DNA from: Camelus dromedarius
Lineage: Eukaryota
Length of the DNA: 64,000 nt
NCBI RefSeq assembly: GCF_036321535.1
Contig: NC_087438.1
Location: 14,324,001-14,388,000 of the forward strand
Reading direction: 5' to 3'
The position numbers and the translations under genes are program-made. How positions within the stretch are numbered: the first letter of the stretch is position 1; each line of letters starts with the position of its first letter. A model generated the notes under the pieces. The model searched no databases. It saw only the letters and a list, made by a program, of their open reading frames with translations, and was not told where the DNA came from. This document shows positions 1 through 14,966 of this stretch, one piece after another.

Positions 1-249
1 GAGAAGTTTATCTTGTTTCTCAATGTATTTCAGTAGTCTAGAATACGCATGATATATAGCAGTTACTCAAAAAAATCTTTTCAATGATGTAAATGCTAAC
101 TTTAAGCAAGGCACTGTTTTTAGAATGGAAGGTACATAACAAAAAAGTAAAAGAAGGTTATTCCTGGTTAAGTTAGCTAAAGATCGTGGCCAAAAAAATA
201 AAAATAAAAGTTTGTGGTTTCCTGGTAATAAGCTTGAGTATTCCACATC

Positions 250-860
250 ATTCCCCAAAATAACAATACTAGAGCTAGGGCAGCTTTGGAGAAGTAAATG
301 AGTGTCACTGTCATCTGGGTTTGATGTCAGGGACATACAGAGGAAATGTACAAAGCATATATTTGCAAATATTGTTCTGCAAATCTGGGAGTTAATTAAG
401 ATGAGGGATAAAGATGTCAGAGGTCCTCAAGCATAGAAGGTAACACAAATCAAGGGGGTAAATGAGGTCACTCAGGGAAAATATGGCCAAGAAGAGAAGA
501 TGGTTAAGGACAGAGCTTCAAGGTAGATGAGAAAATTGAAGTTTGCAAATAAACTGAGGAGCAGAGAGGTAAGAAATGAAGTGCCATTCCAGTAGTCAAA
601 GTGAAGGACTGTTTTAAGGATGTGTGTTCAGTCAGTTTAAAGGAAAACCAACAAGGGGCTATTGGATTGTGAAGTAGATAGTGATTGGTGACCATAAAAG
701 TTGATTCTGAATTTTGACCAGAGTCATATCAGTGAATCTAAAACTGAAACAATAAGTGCTAAGGATGTGGACATAGTGTTGATAGGATGCTATCTCTGAT
801 TAATTTGAGGCAAAGGAGAGGGAAAAGCAAACAACTGCACTGAAGTTTTGGTTCTGGGTG
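250..860 (-). mobile_element. Degenerate LINE-2 fragment
   Basis: Purine-rich stretch resembling the antisense L2 3' region (e.g. gaggtcactcagggaaaatatgg...gagaagatggttaaggacagagc; gtgattggtgaccataaaag). Highly diverged, boundaries approximate. Confidence 0.5.
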
Positions 861-3800
861 ACTGAGTCCCTGTTCCACCAACGATGAGATAAATTCAAAA
901 GTACAAGTAGTTTGCAGAGAATAAATGTAAACACTGAACAATTGGAAAATAATTTAATATACTTTTATTTACTTCCAGTTAATCCTCTTTAAAATTCTCT
1001 AATTTAATACCTTAGAAGAGATCGAGCAAGAGCATATAAAAACATATAACAATTATAACTCAACAGAAAATAATTCCTTAATCAATTCTTGGTTTACTAG
1101 TTAATTCTAATGTCTAATTAAAACATCTTTAATTTCTAATAAAAACCCTACTCGCCAGCTCATGCAATGCTATTAAACAGATCTTTTTTCCCTGTTTTCC
1201 TAAAATCTTAGGTGAACAAGTTTAATGGACTCATTCATCCTGGTTTGTCTAGAGAATAAAGGTGCAATAATTTCCTGAGGCTATGTAAACACATCCAAAA
1301 TGAAACTGAGATTTGAAATTAAAGTGCAAATCACTCATCTCAGTCATTCGAATATATCAGGTAAAATGGGCCCTTTAAGAATGAGGAGCTATGGACCAAT
1401 CAGATATGGAAAATATCTTTAAAGTTCATGCAGTAGTGTTCTCTCTTTTTTTTCTGTTACTATTAAAATAATGCCAGAATTCCCGTTAAGATTTAGCAAA
1501 AGATAAAGCTCCCAAGAAACTTGATGCTATATCCTTCCTTAGGGTGGCTGAGAGCACTTGTAATTCCCCAAGTTAAGAGAAATACGTTAAAAGGACATAA
1601 ACTAAACAAAGGGCAGCAAGACAAAAATCTCTTACTCAGTTCTGATAATTTTGACATAATCACCTCAGAATGATGGCTTCTGCTTCTCTCCTCCCAACAC
1701 CATTTTTAAAAATCAGCCTATTGTTTAGGGCATGCTGATGCAGCTCTAGAAAATGTAAGCCACCTGAATTATTTATTTAGAATCTAGAATTATTGAAATC
1801 TGAAGCAATACCTATATGACTGAGTTACTATTTTCCTTTGTTAACAAACACATACAACACTACAAACTACGATGTATCACCCTTTCCTAATATTAATATT
1901 ACATTAGAAAAGGGAGTCTGACACCTTTAAGTAATATGTAAAGTGCAAGAGAATAAAACCCATTGCCCTATTTCCATAATCTTTACTAATTATTCAGGAA
2001 ATCTGAGTATTAAAAACTGAGTTTGAAAATTGCCCACCCATGGGCAACATATGTCTTTGAAATCTTTTTTTCTCATCCACAATAACATTTTATAAGTATT
2101 ACATGATGTTTTGTGTGACCTATTTCTAAGTATCTCAAGTCTGAATTTCACCTTCTCAGAATGTAGATGTATTTCTCCTTATTACAAGCTAAAGAGAAGG
2201 CATCTCCCAACTTGGAGGTCTACATCATCGCTAAGAATATCCTTCGAAAGCAAATTGCAGGCTAATGAGTCTCCTTACTATTTAAATTGGTATTTTTAAA
2301 CAAAACAAATACAAGATACCTAATTTGGGTTCTAAAATTCTCACAGTTCTCACCGCAGCTGCTTCTATCACCCTTTTCCTCAAGTACTATATCCCATCTT
2401 AGATCTTAATATGAATCTGGGGACCAATGAAGCAACAAGAAGATCCTAGAGGAATACTACAAGATAATTGAATGCTGAGTTGAGACATGGGTATCGGGGA
2501 ACCACTTGGAAGAAAAAGAAGCCTTAGCTACATTAAATGAATTTCTCTTCCTGTGTTTCTTTTGCCCAATTAAAAGAGGATTATTCTACTCCACAGTGTA
2601 TTTGGGATTAAAAGTCCTTGATACTTTCAGTTACATTGAGGGTACTGTGGGAGGTAACTGCATGAAACTTTTAATAGCTTGGAATATTAAATCTTCGCAT
2701 CTTTGAAATACACCTTGAGACTCGCCCTTAACTGCGGTGACCACTGAAATGGACTTCCCAAGGACACAGAGGTCTTAGAAACATCCAGAAAAGGAAAGAA
2801 AGTGGTATCATCATTGAGAAATGATGCTTTAATACAAATCAGTGATCTTTCACTGAATGGAAATATCTCCCACAAAATTCTACACTGAAAGCAGCAGGGC
2901 CATGGTATATTAACAGTTTACAACTTTTTTGGAAAAATCTGCAAGTCCAGAGGACTCAGTATTTTTAAAATTTCAAACAGTATCTTTTCTTGTAGTACAT
3001 GGTAAACTTGGCAAGTTAATCTGTGATTATTAAAATTAATTTAGCATTTTTGCTTGGGATACATATTTCCATGAAATATTGGCAGAAAGGATTGTACATA
3101 TTTTCATATATCTGTAGACTGTTATGGCTGGAAGAGCATTAGAGATCATCTCACTGCTTGTTTCACAGATGGATTGGGAAATGATGTTTATATTTTTGTT
3201 AAAATGGGGATGACAGAAACAGAGTCATTAGCTCTGAAGCGTATTTTTTTCAGTGTTTTTTCTCAGTGTTGAAGCTATTAGTAAAAGTGTACATAAAAAA
3301 ATTTAGAATCATTAGTCATCATCTTCAGAATGCTCTAAAAAGTTAAACAATTAATAAAATTATTATTTGAATTAAGCATTTTTAGACAAGAGCAGATCCA
3401 AATGCCAGTGTTTACCTGTTCATGATCTATATGGTTTTTCTGCTGTGGTTTCTGACAATATTGAATACGTGTAATTCCACTTCAGCGCATTTACATTTCC
3501 AATGCACATTTTCATATATCTACCTTTGGAAATGACAGTTAAATCTTTTCTTGAGCCTATCTGGGCATCAAATTTATACTCACAGTCATCTGAATTTTGA
3601 GGGAAGCATTCTTAGGTAAAAGTAACATTTTTAAATTTTGCTAACTGCAAAGCCTATTATGTGACCTTATCTAGTATTTCTTACTTATTTCTCTGAAATA
3701 TTTTTTCTCTCCTTTCATTGCCCCCCTCCTATTTTTCCATTGAGTGGTAGGAATGAAATACCCTACCTTAACTATGCACACCAAGAAGTTCTCAAATAAA

Positions 3801-6800
3801 TTTTATTTTGCATCATTTTCCCTTGGAAACAACTCAAACTATTTCCATTGCAAAGTCACTGTGTTTTGAACCAAAATTTTTATTTTCTGAATAAGGGAAT
3901 TTGCTTATGGTCATGCTAAGCCAGTGGAATCCTGCTTAGTAATGAGACATTTATGTAATTTTATTTGGTGAAATATAACATTAAGAAATGTCCAGAAAAG
4001 AAGAGAGAAGTCAGTATATATACTAATATAATCTAGCTTATATTAGACACAGTAATACTTGTATTAGAATTTCTATGCTTCTAATATATAGCATTTGTTG
4101 CAAACATAAAAATAAGGGGAGGAGAAGAAAATGAAAGACAACAAGAAAAAGGAGGAAATAAAAAGGGTGGGAAAAAATTAAAAGATGTGAGAAAGAAATC
4201 ATTGTGTTAATGAACTTGTTTATCTCATGACCTTCAGGTACATCTACATGTCTACTGAAGGGGTGTTTATTCTGAGATTCCGTGGATGCCTGGATAATCT
4301 TACCACTTATATTGAAGAAGTGGCACCTCATGTAAAGCCATTATTTTTACCTTAGACGGGACAACATTTTTGAAGGATATATTTTTCAGAATGACCACTG
4401 ATGTTGGGTTGAGCTGGCCTATGGGCAATTCAGAAATCAGAAATGGCCTATCCCAAACTCTGCCTCAAATATCTTTTTTTGTTTCATCTAATTATATTAA
4501 GATATTTTGTTTGCCTTTGTTTGATCTAATTATATTAAGAAAGTCAGATTATGATAATTGTCTGGAAGCTTATCAGGACCCCTTTTCAAGTAATGACTGA
4601 AATATAATAATAGTAATAACAACAGCAATTATTCATGTACATACAGATATACAGCTGACAATATGGATCACATACATTTGGATGCATTATCTCTTGCTAC
4701 AATATGTAAGTTCTTATATGTTCACAATTTTACACGTCCTATCTATTGCTCTGATTTTGGAGTACTTATTTTTTTTTATAGCTCAGGATGGCACTTATAC
4801 ACAACAGAGTTTTTAAACTGATTTTTGACCTACTATTGACTACTTCTTGAAAATAATGTTTTGTGCATAGATTTGCAAATAATTGCTTTGGGCTTCTGGG
4901 ACAAAACAGCTAAATAAAATGTCTAAATACTCCTTGAAATAAGGAAGTCAAATAATGAAGTAACCTTCCAAATTAACAGATACAAAATAACACATTTGCA
5001 TTTAAAATAAACTTTAAATGACAGGAGAGGTCTGCAGAATAAGAATCAATAAAGATTCATACTCTCATTTTTCTTTGGATAAACCATGATGGTTGTATCT
5101 GTGCTTTCAAAATTAAGTAGAAATAGAGTGACCCTATAATTAGAATAGGCAATGTACACCACCACATGAGAATGTTTAAACAGGTTTTTATGCAATGTTT
5201 GTACATCTATAAAGTTGTAGATTTCTTGCTATTTTGTGTATCACTTGTATAATACTGTGAAGGCTGCGGTTACTTCAGTATTAACATAACAGATCCATAC
5301 TTGTTATACATGTAAGTTCCTTAGAAAATGTATTATTTTAAAACATATTAACTGTATTAATCATTTACTTTTAGGGAAAAAAGAAAATACCCATATTGGT
5401 GTCTGTAATTATTTTTCATTATCGCTGAAGTAACACAGTGATCTTGATTTTCAGTTACATATACAGGGCATCCTGAACCTATGCAGATTTTTGTCTCCTG
5501 GGATAGGAAATGGAATTGGGGAAAATAAGTTGAAGAAGTCAGTCACTCGTGATAGCTGCAGAGAGTGCGTAACCACTGATTTTTCACTTCGACCAGTCTC
5601 TTTGAACATGACTGTGATCTTGTGGGCCAAGCCAAGAAAGCTCACATATGATAAATTTCCCATTAACTCCTTGCGTCCTTCGGCCTTACTGAATGGAAGT
5701 CACATTAAACCTTAGAGAGTGGCACAATTGTAATGACAGAGTCCAGCCATGAGACAGGACCTAAGTGTTTAAGGTCAGGACAAAAAACTGAAAATGAGGG
5801 AAAAAAAAATTAGAATGCAGCTTTCAATCTTTTTATTTTCACATAATAAGAAGGCTAAGTACTATACAAAATTCAAAGTGGGACAGTCAGAATTTCTATT
5901 TCTGCACTCAAAGTCTATAATCTTTCTAATTCAAAATTTCCCTGTGTTGATGACAATTTAGATGAAATCAAAATGGAACAATCTATTTTATTTTATATTA
6001 AAATTTTAACCTATTATATACCATTTTCAGAGACACAAATAATATTTCAAAAAAATCTCATACTTCCTTTCCTCTCTTTGTGTATTCAAAACAATCTGTT
6101 TTCTAGCAGATTAAAAACATGAATATACTTTATGATTTTGTTATTTTGCTATATAAGAATATTGTATAATATATACATTTACTATTAGCACACATTTTAC
6201 ATGATAGAACACAAAGCACAAACACATTATATATTGTATTATATAATATATACATTTGCACTTGTGTATTAGAACTTATAGTAAGATTCTCATTTTTTGT
6301 GTGTGTGCTTTGAGAATTTGTTAGATTTTCCAGATTATTGACCTTGTTTTTGTTAAGATGTTTCAGTTAAAGGATACAAAAAGCAAACTACACTAAACTG
6401 CTTTTTTTTTCTTTGTCTGTCTTCATCTTCAATGAATTAAGATGGTTATAAAATATAAAAGCAATGCAAGATACATAATGAAATAGCAAACTTGGCTATT
6501 TCTTTAATCACCTCTTTTAAAATAAAATACATTAGTAGGCATTAAAGTAAACTAGTGTCTTTTAATAGACTCCAAAGTAAATGAATGGGACTAAATTGTT
6601 AAAGCAATGCAATAACTAACTACTATGATTAATTAAAGATAGAAAATGTATATGAACATTGCACACAGTTTTGGTCTTCCTCAACTACATGCATTAGTAC
6701 TGGACTTCCTAATACATCTTTTTTAAATCTTTCGTTTGCATTTCTGTCTTCTACATACCTTCTGAAAGACGTACATATTTTAAGAGAATATTTTTAAATA

Positions 6801-9289
6801 TCTACATGTTAAAAGTGCAGTGAAGGTACTAAGGCTTTATCACCTTTTCAATATTAAATTACTTTGTGATAATTGACAAGTTTTTCTTTTATGGACAATA
6901 TAAGTAGATTATTAAAAGTAGCAAAATGTATGGATCAACATTCTTTCAACATTATTCCTTTCATCAATGAAAAAAATGGGTCATCCTTCGCAATGGTTAG
7001 TAATGAATGGCAAATACATCCAATTCCAATTTGTTTGTGTTCTACTAGGTCTTTACTACTAAGAATAATGAAACAAAGTTCCTGCACCCTTGACACTGAG
7101 GTTGACATTTACTCTCTCTTGTAGTCCTTATTTCATTAAAATAATATCAGAAGAACTTCTAAAGGAGATTATGAGAGGTAATTGCTATGGTTCAGTGAAA
7201 TTTGGAAAATATAAACTCAGACTTCAAAATATCTGTCTACAGAAGTAGAAAACTCCTTTGCAAAACCCTTGAGTTTAAGGTTTGTTTTATGCTTATATAA
7301 ACCTTAGCGTGTTGTACTTGTCAGAAAAACTTCTTAACCTAACAATAACCTTTTGCTATCCTTCATGTACTGTTGTCCAGACAAATTGTCATGCTTTTCA
7401 GCTGAACAAGATTGATGACACAGCAAACTGCCAGTGTAGAGCTTAGGAAAATATACCCCTTCAATGAACTTCAGGTCACTCCAAATCACCTCCCTGGGCA
7501 GGGATGCCAGTAGTCCCTCAAGGATTTTCATTTACAGGCTGTGAAATGCCAAAGATACAACTCCAAACATGAAAGAATGAGTTGAAAAAATAAACCTTCT
7601 CCTCCAAATACAGTTTATGTGATTATTTGTTGGTGGGAAGGGAGGGAAGTTTTAAAAAATACTGAAATACAAAATTAGGATTATGGAGAACTTTTTGATG
7701 TACAACAAGTACAATTATCTTTACAAAACCTCTTATTAAATAGAAACATACTATAAATTGTGGTATTTATTCAGTAATGTTAAAATTTACCACCATACTC
7801 GTCATGATTTTTAGCTTTTAGGCTTCAAATATTTGGATATTTTATGCAGAAAAACCCCTCCAAACTAAAGCACATCCTCTATGCTTTTCTCTTACTATTA
7901 CATAACACTGAGTATTTTTAAATTCAGTTATTTATTTTTAGATGGGAGGTCCACTGCTTTAATAGTCCAAAACAGTGTGTTCACTAGGTTGAAATTTTAT
8001 TCTGTCATTAAAAGTTGGCATGTACTTGGAGAACATATAGTATTTAACGTGTTTGTGCAAGTTTTTCTTCTTTTTTAAATTAGGGGCACAAAACTGTCTT
8101 CCACTTTTTTGTATTGTATCCAACCTTTGAAGGACCGGAAAGAGTGACCTCATCACTTACCATTCTACCCAATCAGCTTCTCTAGCTTCCTATGGAAGGT
8201 GAGGGAACACGTAATGAAGGGAAAAAAAGTCAAGAAGATTAGAGCTGCCAGACTAACATGCATCTTTACAATTTAGTAGTGTTGAAATGGTGCAATGGTG
8301 CCTACTGCGTAGTCAAAACGTGAACGTATGAAGCACTTATCATGGGAAAGCAGTTCATCAGTCAGAGAAGAAACCAATCGACTAGAAAATGTTTCTCTAT
8401 TTGTAATGTTCTTGTCCAGCAAGCAGCAGAGAACATACAAGTATGTGTGTGTGTGTACCTCCAACAAATGGTAAAAAATACATACATGCATAGACAAGTG
8501 AAACAACCATACACACCCTTAAACTCTCCCCTACAACATGCTCTTTGTTCCTTTCTTTGTGCAGATAATCACTAAAATTTGGCCTTGAGGCCACTTATTA
8601 TGTTCTCTTTGTTACTTTGAACTTTCTTGAAGAAGCCAAGTTGAAAGTGCATTCAAAGTATTTTTTCATTGAGTAATCAAACCACCCTGTGATTAACAGT
8701 GAAGTAACATAATTTGGTAGTAATGAGAGAATTTCACTAAGATAACTCTCAAGAACAGAGCACTAGCATCATTGCTCTGGAGGTTATACAAATAGAGTTG
8801 ACTGAGCTGCATGACTAAGACACCAACGTACATTCAAATGTTGCCAAGGGGCTGCTCAAAAGGCAACAAGAATGCAGTGGTCCCCCCATAATCTCGCCTA
8901 CTTCAGATTATCATTAAAGTATCAATAAGGAATAAATGTGATAAGGAATAAACTTTCTTAAGATGATTACATATGTATTTTGTACTAAAGTGATCAGTGT
9001 ATCAGATATACATATATTTTTTTCAGAGCTAAAAATTCTATGACTGTAGATTGTAATAAAAAGTAAAGAAAATGAGGAGTAGAAGGAATGGAGGAGGAAA
9101 GAGAGGAAAAGATAAAAGAAGAATCAAAAGAATAAAGGAAAGTTACCATGTCTATAAAAATAAATGCTATGCAAACATTCATGACATAACATAAACAATA
9201 TGATACATAATTAATACCCTGAATTAGTTCAGATAACTCCGATTTCCTCTCCTCTTTGCTAGGATTCAACTATGTTCATTTCCCTAATA

Positions 9290-9455
9290 TTGCATTGGTT
9301 ACCGTGTATTTGAAGTATTTTTATATGCCATTCCCTCATGCTAGAATATTAATTTCTTAAGAGGAGCTTCCTATTTGAATTACTGGTGCCAAGCACTGTG
9401 TTTGCTGCAAAATAAGTGTCCGGTAAATATATACTCACTAAGTGATTATAAATAA
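9290..9455 (+). mobile_element. LINE-2 3' end fragment
   Basis: ctagaatattaatttcttaagagg...gccaagcactgtgtttgc...taagtgtccggtaaatat resembles the L2 3' terminus. Confidence 0.5.
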
Positions 9456-10249
9456 TTAATAGATAGATACATGTTTTCTATTTCATTTCTTGGCAAAGAT
9501 TTTCTTAACTTACATTTGGTAATATATGGTAGTTTTACTATGATTTGTAATTTGAAGTAAGGTTAGCGGCTTTCAAGCCACTTAATACTGTTAAATGTTC
9601 ATTTTTGCCTTTTTTTTTGTTTTCAAAGATATATCTCATGACTTTTCATTCAGACTTTAATTATTCTAATTATGACACCATGATTTAAAAAGCATTTGTG
9701 GAAACTTAGTGTCAGATTCAATCAGCTGGTGGTCAACTGATGTACAAAATGTTTTTCCAAGACCAAGGAACATCAGTATTTCATGTTACACTCCCTGTGC
9801 ACACATACACACATGTGCACACACACATACTACAATACTTGTGGAAAAGAGCATTTTGCTAGTCATGAATTCAACAGGAAAAAAAAAATAAACTGATGTA
9901 TATTCTTCATATAAAGATATACTTTTTCTGTTTTTAAATTAATAAATTATATTTGATAAATTATATGAAATATTATCTGAAATGGGTATTAAAATATTTT
10001 TGGAGGGGGTTTCTCAAGGATAAGTTTCATTTTAAGATGAGAAATATGTACAGTGGCTTCTAATATGCTATTTTTCTCAGTTTTAAGGCTAGTTGTCTGT
10101 AAGTTGTTATCTGTTTTTGCAAGTTGCATAAGCTTAGCTTTGATATAATATACTAAGGAATTATTTCAGTAGTTCAATTTTTTGATCCTTTGATTTGCGG
10201 ATTTTCTCCTGGCATGAGCTGAATTATGTCTCTCAAAAAAACATATATT

Positions 10250-10600
10250 CCAAGGGGAGGGAGGGATAAATAGGCAAAGCACAGAGATTACTAGGGCAGT
10301 GAAACTACTCTGTATGACACTATAATGGTAGACACATGTCATTATAAATTTGTCCAAAGCCGTAGAATGTACACCATCAGGAGTGAACCCTAATGTGAAG
10401 AATGGATTTTGGGTAATGATGTTGCGTCAATACAGTGCTATGAATTTTAACAAATGTATCACTTTGGAGGGGGATGTCGAGTGTGGAAAAAGCTGTATGT
10501 AACAGTGAGGGCAGGGGATAAATGAGAAATCTCTACCTTTTGCTCAATTTTGCTGTGAACTTAAGTTGTCTCTAAGGCAAACAAAGTCTATTAAGAAAAA
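10250..10600 (+). mobile_element. LINE-1 3' UTR, L1MC-like
   Basis: Characteristic gggcagtgaaactactctgtatgacactataatgg...gagtgaaccctaatgt...ctcaattttgctgtgaac, ending in an A-rich tail. Confidence 0.8.
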
Positions 10601-10629
10601 ATACATTTATACATATACATTTATATAAA

Positions 10630-10986
10630 TCTAACCTCTGTCTCAGAATGTGATGTTATTTGGAAATAGGGTTTTTATAACAGTGGTAATTAAGTTAAAA
10701 TTAGTTTCAATATGACTAGTGTCCTAATGAAAAATAGAAAACTTGGACACAAAGATGCAGAGGAAAGAGAAAGTGAAGACACAGGAAGAACTAACTATTA
10801 GCTAAGACATGCCTGACACTACCAGAAGCTAGAAGAAAATTAAGGAACAGGTTCGTCCTCACAACCCTCAGAAAGTACCAACCCTAACAGAATTGATTTC
10901 AGACTTTCAGTCTTCAGAAATGTAAGACTATACATCCGTGTTTTAACACCTAATTTTATGACAGCAGTTCTAGGGAACAGATACAC
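10630..10986 (+). mobile_element. MaLR LTR, MLT1B/C-like
   Basis: cagaatgtgatgttatttggaaatagggt...accagaagctag...acagcagttctagggaacagataca matches MLT1 LTR motifs and 3' end. Confidence 0.8.
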
Positions 10987-11749
10987 CCCCTTTCTCAGGA
11001 TTTGGTAAATAGTTTGAATAGCTTTGTCAAAACACATCATACATTTCCAAAAAGTAGATTACAATTATAACACAACTGATGTACAAAGAAAAGGCCATGG
11101 CACACTTTATTCAAGCAAGGATTTAAAATTGGTGCTAAGTGGGCACTGGGAGATAGAATTAGAACCTGTTGCTGTTTGGGGTTGAGATTTAAAGCAAAGA
11201 ACATATTTGCTGAGGAGGAACAGCAGTAATGGTTGTGAGGGTCAATTAAGCTGAAGCTGGAAAACAAAGCCATTAAAGGTCTTGAATATCTTAGAATGAA
11301 GAAGAGACTCCTCTAACTGGGATGGTGGTCCTTTCACCAAAATTCATCAAGTCAAGGTGTCCTAAACATAATTACAAGGAAGGAGAAATATAATTATATG
11401 AACTGGCACAATAGCTCAGTGAACCCTGCATTTGGCAACATTACAGATATCACAACTAGATTATTCTACCACATGGGCAAGGAATTAATATTAGTAAAGA
11501 GACTAGAAGGTTCACAATCAACAACCCAAAGATTCAGTGGAAAATACAGTTCAAGGAATACGAAATATACACCGTCATCATTAGTATTCCCATTGCTGGC
11601 AACATTCCAACGTACTGGAGCTCTTATTTTGTTGCAAGTACTCTACGTGATAATTTACAAATGCTATTTCACTTCAAATAATTCTGATTACATAACCACA
11701 CACAATATTTGACTCTCTAACATCTATTTGGAACTGACAAAGAGGTAGG

Positions 11750-12192
11750 CATGATTGATGTGCTGATATTCTGTTCCCTCCTAGTAACTATTTCTAGACT
11801 GGGCATTTGACCCAATTTTAGTCAATAATGCCCAAGGACAATTTTGCTAGAGATTTCTCAGAAAATACTTTCTCAATCTTAAAGAGAAAATCCACAGGAA
11901 TACAGGTCACTTCTACCCTGCTGGATGTGAATAAGAAAGCTTTTGGTCTTGGAGGTTTCTGGCAGGTAACCTCCATCCATGGGGGAAGCCAGTCTGCGTG
12001 GACATAGCCAGCACATGGTATAACAGGCAGGAAGGACTGTAAGAGCAACATGGGGCAAGAACACAGACGGGTTCAGGCCAGGCACCTGCAGCATCCCTGA
12101 ACTCTCTCTTTTGTGAGTAAATAAAGTTCCTTGTTAAAGTCTTTTTCAGTTGGCTTTTCTAAAACTTGTAGTCCAAAGCATGCTAACAAATA
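11750..12192 (+). mobile_element. Old MaLR LTR, MLT1J/K-like
   Basis: 3' end gtgagtaaataaagttcc...ttggcttttctaaaacttgtagtccaaagcatgctaacaaata is typical of MLT1I-K. The 5' boundary is approximate. Confidence 0.65.
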
Positions 12193-12194
12193 GA

Positions 12195-12300
12195 ATTATT
12201 CCAATTTTACACATGAACAAAGCAAATTCAGATGGTGAGTTAAATTGCCCATAATCACAAGGCTAGAAGCAAGCCCACTGTCCTTAATCCCAGTCTTGCG
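12195..12300 (-). mobile_element. MIR SINE fragment
   Basis: attattccaattttacacatgaacaaag...ttaaattgcccataatcacaaggctag corresponds to the antisense MIR core. Confidence 0.65.
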
Positions 12301-14966
12301 TAATTTACTATTTACTCTTCATTCCTTTCTCAAAATATCTAAAAGGAGTCTTGAATCCGACACTGAGAAGTTTAGATTACCATTCAATGCCTCTCCTGGC
12401 TTTTGAATAAAAATGCTTGACAAAAACCGAGCTTTTATTGATGTTTTTTGGTAGACTTGTAAGATAAGGAGAGAATACAGGAGAGAGAAAGATTACTACA
12501 CGTTTCTAAATAGTATAAAGATGTTTTGGGGAAAAAAAAGTTCCTCATCTATCATGCTTATTTTTCATAAAAAATCTTTAAATACTGTACCAATGATTTA
12601 ATGAAGAATAATATTGAATAATTATTTAATTCTGAATAAGTCAGGTAAAACAAACCCAATAGTTGTTTTTTTTTTTCAATTCTAGTGTAAGATACAACAT
12701 GGTACCATCATAAAATAGAACATTCAAATTGTTTTTGTACTTTCCTGACTCTTCTTATCTTTTTTTTAAAACTATATGTTGATCACATAGTCAAATGGCA
12801 AACGGCAAAATTCTTTAGTGAAATTATAATAGGAAATCTTGGAAAATTATCTCACACATTTTTCCTCCCAGTTTTGTTCTTATGCTAGTAATTGAAAAGT
12901 ACCTATATAAACATTTCTTCTAGTGTTTTGCAACATCAAAAAATCAAATGCCCCTGGATAAATACCCTTAATTTGCAGTTGTTGCATTTTGAACATTTCA
13001 TACTAAAATTTGGAATGACAGCTATTTACATTAAAAAATGTTAAAAATGAAAACTCAGAGTTTCTCATTTTAATCTGGTTCTTATCTTTAAAGTTGTCAA
13101 GATTTTGGCACAAGCTACCCAAAGAAGTATTGCTTTGCCTGGCGTGTTATGACAATTTTATTGTTACTATAAAACCTCCCTAGAGCAGAGCAGTGGTCAA
13201 ATATCCTTAGTTAGATCCTAAGTATTTGGGCTAATAAAACTTTGTTGCCTGTGAAATACTTTGTTATTTTATTTATTAAAAAAATAGTTTACTTTTGGCC
13301 ATATTACTTGTTAATAGCTTCATCATGACACTGGAGTAGTTAGCAGGTGAGCATTAAGTGATATCTTTTTGTCCCATGTTCCTATTGTTATTTCCAGAAA
13401 GTGTACTTGATAGCATCAAAGCTCTTCTACCTGGTGATTAATGAAAGTACTTAGCTTGTCAATAGATTAATTATAGTCCTTAGGCAATTTAGAGTGTGAC
13501 AATTTGAAAAGGTCTATAAATGAAAACAGGAGGTAATAAAAGATTATCAATAAAAGGGCCATGATAAGAAGATACAAGAATGTAGGCTTAATTTAGACCT
13601 CTGAAAAAAAAACTATATTTATTAAATGATTTATCTTTGGATAAGTGTTACAAAGAACCTTGAAGGAATTACTGAAAATAGTGTTACATCATGAGAAAAT
13701 GTTAGTGCACTGACATACATGTATCTGAGATTGTTTAAGAGAAGCAATTCCAAAATGATGGATGTAGATAAGAAAGTGTGAGCTTCTTTTTCAGACTCAT
13801 GAATCTGTGCCATGGAGTCAATTCTAAAACAATAAACTGAAAGGTATTCATGATCTTCAACAATTCAGAAATCACACTACAAGCTGAATTTTTAAAACTT
13901 AAACTGCAATATGTAAAAACCACTTAAAGTAAAAATGTAAATTCAACTGTTTAAAATTATTACAACTAAAATAATCTATTTGAGTTCTCTCTTAATTCTG
14001 GATCTCTTTGTTTACTTTATAATTGCTAATTCACTTGAACTATCAGAGTTATCGATGACTTCTTTATTCATTTGTTGCAATCACTAGTTTTGTTTGTTAG
14101 ATTCATCCTATAAAGATAATTTCATAAATCAATAATGATCCTTTTTTTGTATTTCTGTAAGACTTGAATACTGGTTTTGCTCAAAATGAAGAGAAGGTGA
14201 TACTTTAAATTTAAAGAAATAACATGCAAATATCATAGGACCTCGGTGACATGAAGCAGAGGACCCCTGGTTGTGCATAGCCAAAGATGAGGTTACAATG
14301 ATTAGGGGAAAAGATACAGTCAAATCAAGAGGCTTTGTTTTGCTGCCTCACCATGTAACCTTGGAACTTTAAGTTAAGGAAGATATTGATTTTTTCTACT
14401 AATCTATTTGATCGAAATATGGTCAGGGGATTTAATTGTTAAGATGACTGCATTTTTCTTCCAGTGCAAGGTGCTGCATCAGTGTAAAGTATCACAGAAT
14501 GATTTCAACAGGGTGCACAACAAAATATCTGGCAATATTCAGGTACATTAAAAGCATATGGCCTACCTGCCCTGGACATGACCCCTGTGGATGCAAAGCA
14601 TCATAGTGGAAAAGATAATGCTCCCCTTAAAACCGATGCAAAATACTGTTTCCCATGTTGTTTTACAGACTTTGAAATTTGTATTTCGCTGAACCAAGGA
14701 AAATAGACCAGAAGGCATTATCTTCAAAGAATAAATGGAGAAGGAAGTCTTATGACATTTTAGCTGAAACTGTGAAATGAAAAAAATAAAATGTTCTGAA
14801 TTTTGACGTGGTCTGCTATTAATATATGTCTAAATATAATTTAACTTAATCAAATGATTAATATATTTTAGTACCATTATTGGAGGTAAACTGTTCTCTC
14901 CGATGATTGGTATTGTCAATTTGAATTATCACAGAAATATTTATGTATATTTTTCAAGGTCCATCT

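Noticed and set aside
2030..2047. 7-bp inverted repeat and 14-mer ttgcccacccatgg recurring at 59330
   Set aside because: A few shared 14-mers and 7-bp stems are expected by chance in 64 kb.
14465..14542. 78-nt exon-like segment (ttcttccag ... cag/gtacat), open in two frames
   Set aside because: Weak donor, unrecognised peptide and no partner exons; such pseudo-exons are common.
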